Source: Antedon mediterranea (Eukaryota; Animalia; Echinodermata). Taken from it: a DNA stretch of 64,000 nt. The position numbers and the translations under genes are program-made. The notes below the pieces were generated by a model. It was not told the DNA's origin, did no database searches, and saw nothing but the letters and a program-made list of their open reading frames with translations. Of this stretch, positions 50,760 to 61,042 are shown in pieces (position 1 is the stretch's first letter; every line of letters begins with the position of its first letter). The stretch is taken from the NCBI RefSeq assembly GCF_964355755.1, contig NC_092673.1, positions 7,564,001 through 7,628,000 on the forward strand. The letters are read 5' to 3'.

Positions 50760-51601
50760 AAAAAACAAGGCCAACAGCCATTAAGTCGCGTGCTACAATG
50801 CATAGTAATACCGGACCGACAGACAGACCGACCGACAGACCGACAGACAGACCGACAGACAGACAGACAGAGAGACCGACCGACCGACATAGTGAACTAT
50901 ACTGACCGAAATTACTGAACATGTTTAAAAATGTTGAAATGTTTAAAAACATTTATATTTTTTTAATTTACACGTGCGTAGCCTTTCACTTTTGACGTGC
51001 TCGTATAACGAAATTTCGAGTTGAAAAGTAAGTCAAGAAAACAGAAATCGGGCAAAAAGAGTGCGCAATAACATTTAACGTGCAGTGCGCGCGCAAAAAT
51101 CTGCGCACTCATGGCAATTTTGTAAACGCTTAAAATTGCCTGAAACGTACTCTTATTTCATCGAAAATAAATTTTGAAAATTTTAAGCGCGCGTACGCAT
51201 GCATTACATGCGCTACGCACGTAATTGTATTGCCATATGATGATTTATGCCCTGAAATTTATGAGTACCAAATTTTATTTAATTGTGATTCATGGTTGTG
51301 AAGATATGATTACAAACGTGATTTCGTTAAATCGTGCGTAGACCGCGTAATTTTTTATTGCGCACCGTGAAAACATAACCACATTGATTCCTGGCCATAA
51401 GGAATATACTGTGAAAAATTGACCTAGCTAGATTAAACTGATATCAAGATAAGGTCAGAAAGCGATAAAACGCATAGTGATACCGGACCGACAGACAGAC
51501 AGACAGACAGACAGACCGACAGACAGACCGACAGACAGACAGACAGACAGACCGACCGACCGACATAGTGAACTATAGAGTCGCTTCCACGCGACTAAAA
51601 A
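50760..51601 (-). mobile_element. Helentron-associated / DINE-1-like non-autonomous element
   Basis: On -: 5' TTTTAGTCGCGTGGAAGCGACT (subTIR plus partial inverted repeat), two (GTCY)n blocks, 3' subTIR CACGCGACTT, short hairpin GGC-TGTTG-GCC and a T-run. Confidence 0.65.
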
Positions 51602-51699
51602 CTTGTATTGTCCAATTACATACACAATACATACAATTGGAAATGTGTCTTTTGATACACTACATACATAACAATCTAAAAAAATATATAGAGTTATAC

Positions 51700-53900
51700 T
51701 GAACATTATTCACAATACTTGTTACAACAAAAGAAATAAAAATTTAAATATAAAAAAGCACACGTAACTTTAAACCTTAATGCATTGTGTTGAGGAAAGA
51801 CTAGGCGTATTGCAGATTATTACAAATTATTGAAGTAAATATGTACCATATTAAAATATCATTAAAAAAATACCTTACTTAAAAAATGTAAAATATCGCA
51901 AATCAGCTCATTCATAATTGTATATTTATCTATTGCACTGCTTATTAAAAGTTTTAATTGAACTTGGTACAAACGATTTACTATATCTCGTAGTTCGTGA
52001 GAGAATACTCCGTAAACGGCACCCTGACCTTAAAAAGTTATACTCGGCATATAATTGATGGTTTGTATTTTTCATTATTCGTTTTACAAGTGATAATACT
52101 GACTCATCAAATCTTATATTGAGATCGATTACAGGGATATTGAGCATTTTACTAGATCTTCGTATGATTCTATGTAGTTTTCCCTTATCTTTTACATTGA
52201 GACTATTTCCCAACACAGCATAACAGAAAGATATCACGCTAAGTACCATCGATTTGTAAAACATGGTTAGAATTTGGTTATCTACTTTAAATTTCTTAAG
52301 TTGACGCATTAGGTGCAGTCGTTGCTTACCCTTTTTATATAGCATGTTTGTATTTTTGCTCCATGTTAATTTATCATCTATGTTTGTTCCTAAGTACTTG
52401 TTTTCTTTGGCAACTTTTATACATTTACCATCAGTTACGACATCATCATGATTACTTTGTTTCTTTCTAAAAACGATAATCATTTCGTTGGTTTTCGTAG
52501 AATTTAAAATAAGATGGTTTTCTTTACACCACTCTGTGAATAACTTTACTTCGGTAAAATAGTTCGAAAGCGATTCGACATCTTGAATGTTACCAGCTAT
52601 GCAAGTGCCATCGGCATATTTTATCAAACGGCAGGAGTCGGTGGCATTTCTACAGTCGTTTGTATACAGAATGTATTACAGGGGAGACAGAACGAAGCCT
52701 TGTGGTGAGCCTGTATTGGTGAATGTGGTTATTGATGTAGCATTTCCGAATTTAACTTGTGATCTGTTTGTTAAAAAGTATTTTATCCAGAGAATGATAG
52801 ATGAGGACAGGTGAGTGTGAGGTTGTATTGTGTTAAAGGCGGAACTGAAGTCTATGAAAAGAAGGCGTGTGAATGTGTTGTTCTTGTCGAGTGTTGTAAA
52901 TGAGAGTGGCTGTGGCATCGTCTGTCCCTCTGTGTGCTCTTTATGCGAATTGCATAGGATCTAACAGGTGGTCACTTTGATCTTTAACACGTTTACTAAT
53001 TATTCTTTTCATGCATTTCTTAACCAGGGACGTTAGGGCCATTGGTCTATAATCATTAGGCGTTTTAACATTATTTAATTTGGTAATAGGTACAATCAGA
53101 GAGTGCTTCCAAATTGCTGGGATAGTGGTTGTACGAAGAGAACATTCAAAAAGTTTCTGAAAGACATGTCCTACCTGAGCAGCACACTCTTTCAAAAGTT
53201 TTCAACATAACTTGTCTGGGCCACCAGCTTTGTTTGCATTTGTTTTCTTCAGAAGGTTGACAACCTCATTGTCCGTGAAGTAATCTGCATCATCAGTTAC
53301 GTCAATATTCTTGCAGGTATCCGCTAGCTGCGACTTAAAGTCATGAACATCAAACCTACTGTAAAATATGTTGAGTTCTTCAGCTAGTTGCAAGTTGGGA
53401 GGACATATTTTGTTTGATCCTCCTATTATATATTTTATGTCTTTCCACGCTTTCCTCGTCTGCATATTACAGTATTTATATTCCTTTCTAATCTGTTTCT
53501 GAACTTTTCTTTGCCTCTTTTTACAGCCATATCAAGCCTTTTCTGTGCTTCTTTTAATTAAATTTTGTTTTTACTTGCAAAAGCTGGCTTCTTTTCGACA
53601 ATTGCTGTTTACCTCCTTGGTCAGCCAGGCTTTATTATTTGGATACCGCTTTACTTTCTTGGTTGGTATAGTGATATCTTGGCAGAAGTTTAAATATGAT
53701 GTTACTGATTCCACCATTTCATCAATACCTACAGAAGAGTCAGTAAAAATATCCCAGTCTTTCGCTTCCAGGCATCCGCGCAAGCGGTCTTTGGCAACGA
53801 AGTTGTTTACCATTTTTCCATTTTCCAAATCCCTCTCTGCGACGAATTTTAGTTCCAGTTATTTTCGTCTGATTGGAACTAACACAAATATATAACAACT
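51700..53900 (-). mobile_element. Rex1/Babar-like LINE, degraded
   Basis: IPTKKVKRYPNNKAWLT, KAGGPD, DYRPMALTS, LDPMQFA, FIDFSSAFNTIQP, GSPQGFVLSPL, KYADG, QRLHLMRQL; many frameshifts. Confidence 0.88.
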
Positions 53901-55880
53901 TGCTAAAGGGAGGTGCGCACCCGACAATCCCATTGGGAAAAACTTTCAATAGATGGATGCAAGGTGCAACTCACTCACTCAACTGGCGAAACCTGTAGGC
54001 GTAATAGTCTAATTTTGGTTTGCATTATTACTACTATTGTCAGGCAGTCGGGTGTTTATTATTGAGAAGCGTGCTCTGCCCTACGAAAGGAGGTCCACTC
54101 GGACCGGTAGTTGCAGAGGTTGATCGTACAGTAGGCTGTAAAGGAGTGGAAATCATGACTGGCGCCGCCAGTATGGAGCTACTAAGAGCACTCGGCTCCA
54201 CGATGGCGATGAATGTCCGACAGAACGAGTGGAGGAAGAGAGATCGGTGTGAACGCATAGGCCCAGAGACCGTCCCACCATCTGCCATGCTTGAGCTTCT
54301 TGGAATCGGCTGCAGAAGGTCGGAAGCTGAGGGTTCTCCGCTGTTGCAAAAAGGTCTACGAGGGGCCGCCTGAACTGGTGAAACATTTGGGTGGCTATAC
54401 GTGGCAGGGGAGCTGCCATTCCGTCGGGCAAAGCAGATGCTTTCATAGAGCGTCCGCTATTGTGTTCAGCCGTCCGGCTATGTGGGCTGCTGTTAATGTG
54501 AATTTGTGCGCGATGCACCAATGAATTAGTGTCCATGTATGACATGTTGGCGAGCGCGTGCCGCCTTCTCGGTTTATATATGCCAAGACGGTGGTACTGT
54601 CGGACATGGTGGCCTTGTACTGTAGCTTTGAGGGCCTTTAGCGTGCGCTGCACCGCCCATAGCTCTAGGATGTTGATGTAAAGTAGGACTAGAGGCCGGA
54701 ATTGTGCTGCGTATCCGAGTGTTCTCCCCACCCGGTTTCGCAGGCATCGGTAGTAATTCGTATGTCCGGCGTTGACTTGACGAATGAATTCAATTTTTTT
54801 TTTCAATTCAATTCAATAGACATTCATTTACAAAATCTGAATACATACAGTAGGAAAACAAGAAACAGGATTGTACAGAATTATAAAGTATATCAGAAAA
54901 TGAAGGCAAAAGCCCTGAAAGATGTTTTTAACATCTTGTGTTGGGCGAGCCTTAACACAAATAAAAAGAAAAGAAATGCATTGGAGAAAATCATAATAGG
55001 AGCGGCGTAGCTTCCTTATATGAGTATTCCATACCGAGGTATGTCAGTACCGCAGGTACTACCCGGTTGACTAGTGTTGGAAGACCAGGTGCCTCCGAAC
55101 CGGCAGCATAGTCGGAATACGAGATTAACGTTTCATCATCCTCCATATCAATGTCCCCAGGATCCGGCGCTGCGGGCAGGATTGGTGGAGGGGCTGTATA
55201 TACGGCACCGGGCCATCCTGTAGAAAGGCGGGAAACAAATCAAATCGGTGCTCAGCAGGAGCTTGTATTTAGATTAACATTCGGCGGTGTAATAAGCGCA
55301 ATCGGAGGTAACGGCGGAGTAATGACCGGAATCGGAGGCAACGGCGGAGTCTCCGCGGGAGACTCGGGTCTAGGCAAGGCAGGCTTTGCCGTCGTATCAG
55401 CGCGTGCTGAAAGAGAGGCGAAATGCACGGAGCCCCCCGCAGCTAACACAAGCACCAAGGAAACCCGGCACCGGGAGTCTTGGCTAGCAGGCGATGTTTT
55501 AGTACAACAACAGCCCGAAATCACCACGGATTACGTGCTAGACTCTAAATACTTAGCTTCGTTGAAGAGCGTAAGTTTAGCGTGAGTAGCTTCGCTTTTA
55601 TTCTCCTACCAGTAGCTGCTCACAAACATATCTTTAGATTTATCAATCCAACGGTAGTACAATAGAATACAATAGGCTATTGTTTTCCTCTCTCTAGACA
55701 AAACGTGTACACGTTTCGACGTCTCGAAAAGAAATGGTGGGGTATGCAGGAGCGTTGCCGCCCACCTGAGGGCGTGGCTCATGGGCGATACCACTGTTTT
55801 GGAAGGGAGTTAAGGAATACATTTTTACTTTTCGGTTCATCCAGGTAAGCTAGTCACGTAATAGACAAATGTTGATATTT
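53900..55880 (-). mobile_element. DIRS-like retrotransposon relic (RNase H and DNA-adenine-methylase-like remnants)
   Basis: GC-rich island; YINILELWAV (DIRS RNase H); VDLFATAENPQLPTFCSR and VLLVAPYWRRQS (DIRS MT domain); RT core and tyrosine recombinase not seen; AT-rich insertion at ~54785-55010. Confidence 0.75.
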
Positions 55881-56297
55881 GATATTTAGATAGAGCTTTA
55901 GACAGTGTAGGCCTATATTACTATTGGAAAACACCCTTTTGGGTGGAAATTGTCAATAACTAATTATCTAACTCAACTTAATTAGTAAACAGGTTGTATT
56001 AATGTAGGTGGTTAAATCAGTACTGAAAGTTACAAACTTTATATACCATTTATCGAATGTTGCCCTTACTCTACGTGCATTTATATTGATGATGTATTTC
56101 AATGATTAAATAGGGCCTCTAAATATCAGTTAAACAACACTAAACTAAACTGTTAGCCTCTTTAAGGATAGTTTAAATTAAAAAAAACAATTAAGCAAAA
56201 AGAGGATTCAAAGTCTGTTCTCTCTCTTAACCATACTGTAGGTGGTACCGAATGGCTAATTTGTTCACAGATATCACTTTTCATATTTTAATTTCAG

Positions 56298-56440
56298 GTC
56301 ATTACATAGCCATATGTGTGTATACAGTAGTGATTTGTTGCCTCATAACCGTGACCGCCACAGTACTCAACTCAATCATACTTTTTGGTACCACCATATT
56401 CATCACGAACACTGTCTTTATTTCGCTTGTATTTCCCCAA
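56298..56440 (+). pseudogene. Damaged copy of the GPCR TM6-TM7 exon
   Basis: Same acceptor; HYIAICVYTVVICCLITVTATVLN, net 18-nt deletion, ends VFPQ with LPK|gtaag lost. Confidence 0.88.
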
Positions 56441-57289
56441 TTACAGTATGCCTTAAACTCTTTAGATATAAATATAGAATTAAAAGCACATTAAAATACA
56501 AAACATACAAAAATGGCAAACTTATTGAAGAACTTTAGACTTAAATTTGGACAAAGTGTCAAAAAAAATTGATAGTCTTATCTTTAATAGAAATTGAATT
56601 AAAAAGCTTGGATAATCTTTGAATGAAAACATTTTTGGTTACGTTGACTCGACAACGGGCAAGGGAAAATAAGTCGGTGTTGCGAAAGTTTGGTCCATTA
56701 ATTTTGAGAGAAAAAATGACAAAATATTACATTTAAAAAGGGAGTTGAAGCATTTAAAAATAAATACCAAATCGAAAAAACTTCTCCTAGTATGAAGTGG
56801 AGGAAAATGAATTAAAGGACCTGGATTGTTGTGGTTAATAAAGTAAATAAATTTGAATTGAACCCGTTTGATACGATTTAATTGGGAGATCGAAATGGAA
56901 TAGTAAATTGTTGATGAAAAGTCAAAAATAGTACGGACAAGAAAGATATAAAGTTAAAGTTTAGTAACACTATCGATATTTTCACAGTGACGCCAAAGCA
57001 TACCTAACATTCTACCCTTACAATATGATCAACATGTTTAAGTTTTGAATCAATATAAATGCCAATATCTTTTTGAAAGTTTTTTTGAAACTCTATCAAT
57101 AGAAAGTCCGTTAATAGTGTAATCAAAATTAATCATTTGTTTTTTAAGTAATAAAGTATGAATCTTAAAGCCTTGGCTTAATGCGTCCTCCTCACACAAT
57201 TGTATTTATTAATTTATGTTACTGTTCTATTGTATTGTATTGTGTGAAACAATAAACTTGAAACTTGAAACTTGAAACTTGAATCTGAT

Positions 57290-58730
57290 ACTTAAGCGGA
57301 TTTAAGAATATTTTCCATGTGTCAGACCAATTACATAGCCTAACAAGCTTTTGCTGAATAAGAAGAGAATCATTAATAGTATTAACTATCCGATAAAATT
57401 TATTATCGTCCGCAAAAATGAGGCAATGCGAATGAACGAACATTTCGGAAACATCATTGACAAACATAGAGAAGAGCAAAGGTCCCAATATGGAACCCTG
57501 CTCCTCCGGATGTAACGGGCAACCACGTAGATGTGCAACCATTGAAGTTAACGCGTTAACGATTGTCAAGATAGTTACGAATCAAAGATAAAATTAAAGA
57601 GGATCGCAAATGCCAAATTGTTTTGACCTTGTAAACTAGCAGGTCGTGACAGACTTTATCGAACGCCTTTGAATAGTCAGTGTAGACAATGTCACACTGA
57701 GATTGTTTTTCAAAAGACTGATATGCAAGTGATAGTATAGTAGCAAGATTGGTCTGACACGATCTGCCAGAGACAACGCCATGTTGGACAGGAGAGAGAA
57801 CGGGTGATATATGAGAAGAAATCTATTTACAAACAATTTTTTCGGAAATGTTTAGTTTGCTAAAATGTAATAGTTTCTTTCCTTTTTGGTTTTCGTAACC
57901 TATTCGAGCCATAACTAGCTTACAGTACCTTAAAACGTTACTTTAGACTTTTTAGTAGTAACTGCACTATGGACGCTAGAATTGCAAAATGTCTTGGAGG
58001 TAATACACTGTCGATAATGATTGACTTTGTCCGTAAGTTTAAGCTTACCAGCGAATGACAATGCTGCAACATTATCCACACAAGGTTACCCACGTGTGGC
58101 ATTACAAGACAAATTGGAGCCACTAGGAGCACTTGGAGTTGCATGTGCGACAGGACAGTTGGCAAAAAGATAGGTAGCGAGGGGTTCCATCAGAAATTAT
58201 TAGTACTGAGCTACAAGGCCAATGGCTGCATTGTCCAGTTTTGTCAAGGATTTAGGTGACTGGGTCCACCGGAGGATTCAACCAACCTCCATCTTGCGGT
58301 GTCTACACACCCAAAGTCACGGATACAACTATTTGTATCGAGTTTAACACGAGACCATAATTAGCTAATTATTCATTAAGCTAGGTAGGAAATCCAATAC
58401 CTTCGACAGATCAACCACGCCCGACTTGACTCAAATTTACTATAGACTTAAGTTTCTTTGACACTGGACGTCGACCGAACCGTAAAACGTAGGCAAGTTC
58501 ATCGAACTCGTCCATTCTATGTAGCCTAAAGCAGATTGCTGAGAAACCATCAAACATGTTCCGGCCTGGTAGTGGAACAGTACACCGAAACTTCAGTAGT
58601 CTGTCGCAAAGAAATGTGATTCTTGGATAATTCGTTAATGCCGGCTTACAGGTGGTTAATTTACACACAATATCCGATAGGGAAAACATTGTAGGGTCAT
58701 GTTTTAGTATCAGGCTCAGATACCTCAATA
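57290..58730 (-). mobile_element. Internally deleted CR1-like LINE in the duplicated intron
   Basis: DIVYTDYSKAFDKVCH, QGSILGPLLFSMFVND, IFADDNKFY; the 5' part is shared with 3960-4890. Confidence 0.75.
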
Positions 58731-58831
58731 GAACGATCAGTACAAAATATAGATACGTAATCAGAGCCGATGTGTAAAAGTAATCATGTTAATTCAATAA
58801 TTATTGCATCAATTTACTTTAATTCTTTCAG

Positions 58832-58954
58832 TTGATTGTTTTATATAAAGACGGGGGTAAGGATATTAATATTAGTTCAATGTCGAGTGAATTTACCTCA
58901 GAAATATCAGTCACCAGAACTAATCAAAGCACTTTAGAGGAAATGTATATCCAG
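58832..58954 (+). pseudogene. Copy of the GPCR C-tail exon, splice sites intact
   Basis: 2 differences in 123 nt versus 4971-5093 (V>I, P>S). Confidence 0.85.
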
Positions 58955-59159
58955 GTAAAATATACTTTATTCAAATAATATAGAAACTTTACCAAATAAA
59001 AAAAAAACCACACAATTTGGTGCCGCTATAGAGGGCCTCCTACACAGATGTATAGAAAGGAACTGAAATTACTGGTGACGATATAGAGGGCGCTAAACAA
59101 ATTGGCATTTACGACACTATGTTTCACTTTATTTTTTACGATGTATTTATTTTTCACAG

Positions 59160-59207
59160 AAATGTTTGAAACTACAAAGACTAAAACAACAACTTGGAAA
59201 GCAATAA
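59160..59207 (+). pseudogene. Copy of the GPCR terminal exon
   Basis: KCLKLQRLKQQLGKQ*, one synonymous change versus 5297-5344. Confidence 0.85.
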
Positions 59208-59263
59208 TTACTTCAGCTTCTCAAGGAAATGGTTTATTCATTTTAAGGTAATTGTATCTTAAC

Positions 59264-59384
59264 AATGACTAGCCTATTCACCACAAGTTGAGGAGCCTAT
59301 TTACCACAAGCTTTTCTTTCTTTTAGGCTCCTCCACTTTATATTTATTTATTTGTAAAGTGAAATAAATAAATGAAATGAATTA
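59264..59384 (+). mobile_element. Short LINE 3'-tail insertion
   Basis: Absent from the homologous site at ~5400; stem gaggagccta...taggctcctc, (aaat/aaatg)n tail, ttaa duplicated at both ends. Confidence 0.6.
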
Positions 59385-59455
59385 ATGGAGGAAATGAATG
59401 CGAGGTTTTTAGACGTCTGGTAAAAATTACGAAATATTGTTGATCAATAAGTGTT

Positions 59456-59759
59456 TAGATGTTTTGCCCTACTCTGACGTAATTTTTACTTTATACTAAG
59501 TACATTTGAGAATACTTGCGAAACAATTTGCAAGTAGTTCTCGGGTGGGACTCGAACCCACGACCTCCAGATAACTAGCCTGGCGATCATACCTCTAGAC
59601 CACCGCACCGAGGTTGCGCTGATGGCTAGTGGTTAGATTCGAGCCCAAGTAAGCAGCGGGTACTGCACCAACAGGATTGTAATTGTAGTTTTGCGTCAGG
59701 GAGTTGATTATAGATGTTTTGCCCTACTCTGACGTAATTTGTACTTTATACTAAGTACA
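59456..59759 (-). mobile_element. tRNA-derived element bounded by 49-bp direct repeats
   Basis: Repeats 59456-59504 and 59711-59759 (1 mismatch); tRNA-like head on - at ~59540-59608 (A box TGGTCTAGAGG, B box GGTTCGAGTCC); absent from the homologous site at ~5470. Confidence 0.8.
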
Positions 59760-61042
59760 AATTAACACACTTTCTAATTTACGGAATCTGATTGGTTAAA
59801 ACTTTTCTGTACACTATTGGGAATTCATTTTAAATTTCGTATATCTGAATTGATCTATCACAGCGCCTAGTCAACGTCGTCGTTGCGTAGGCCTGTTATG
59901 CATGGTTAGTTGTGGAATACCCGGGTTAAAGGGATATTGTATAGTTGCTAACATTTTAACAATTATCTTCATGACCGAAGTCAATAAACCGTTCTGTACA
60001 TACAATCAAACGTAATAGTTGTCGCACCTATTACCAATTCTTTTTTAAAGTAGTATTTATAAGTATACTGCCCTCTAATTGTGACACTTCGTAAGGATAT
60101 TGTACAATAATAGTATTCGATTTGTAAAAACCCAACTACACTACAGTATTATAAACATTTTTGTTAGATTGATAAAAAAAATCTTAGATTAGGTTATGTA
60201 ATGACAGTTTATGTTTCTAGTATAATGTACAGTAGATTGTTTTTGTCAGAGTAATAATGAGGATAATATCGAATAAAAGCCTTGTCGTTGAATAAGCGCC
60301 TCCTCTGACGATTAGGCCTAAGAAGCGGTAAAGCGTTTCATGCGTGTACATTTAATAGAGGGTAAGCGAGCGAACCCACCTTCTAGTAGGTTCAATTATC
60401 ATGCCTTTACTATACAACTGTTTTCGATAAAAAACCCAAGATGTTAAACCATAGAAACTCAAATGGTTTAGTATTATCCTCTACTTAGCATGGGATGTTA
60501 TGAATTATTTTAATAGTACATACGTATTATGTCATGACTTTCTCTTGACGTACAGGTTTTACGTACCTTATGACGAATGTACACATTTTCTACATAAACA
60601 AGTCATTAACATTCTGTGCATGTATAGAGTATACCAGAAACCGCTAGCGTAGGCCTACCTCTCGTGAGATCGATGAAGGATTAATGTGGTTAATTAATGT
60701 GATGATTTACCATGAGCAGCAGCAAAGTCTACGGTCTTCTCTGTTGTACGGGGTTACACTTTCTTTAAATACAAAATCTAGTCAATGACATTTATCCTCG
60801 CAATGATATTTTTGTTGTAACAATACAGGTAATTCCCAACAACAATATTTATGTTGTTTTTCTTTTTTAAATTTTAAAAGAACCGTCTTTTTGACGATTC
60901 TTACGACAAAAGACCATGCGATAAGGCTTCTTTAATAATTATTCTCAAGCATTTGGTCCTATTTACCAGTGGTGGTCAAAAAAGTACAGAGGCTTGCTGC
61001 AAGATTTGTGACTGGTGAAAGTGTCACAATCATGCTCTGATG

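Larger units (their letters stand above)
56180..60703 (+). pseudogene. Partial segmental duplicate of the GPCR 3' region (homologous to ~2520-6312)
   Basis: Collinear intron, exon and 3' flank homology; the TM5 exon is deleted and the TM6-7 exon damaged. Confidence 0.9.

Noticed and set aside
54020-55585. Plus-strand GC-rich ORFs (117 aa and 144 aa)
   Set aside because: Antisense shadows of the DIRS relic.
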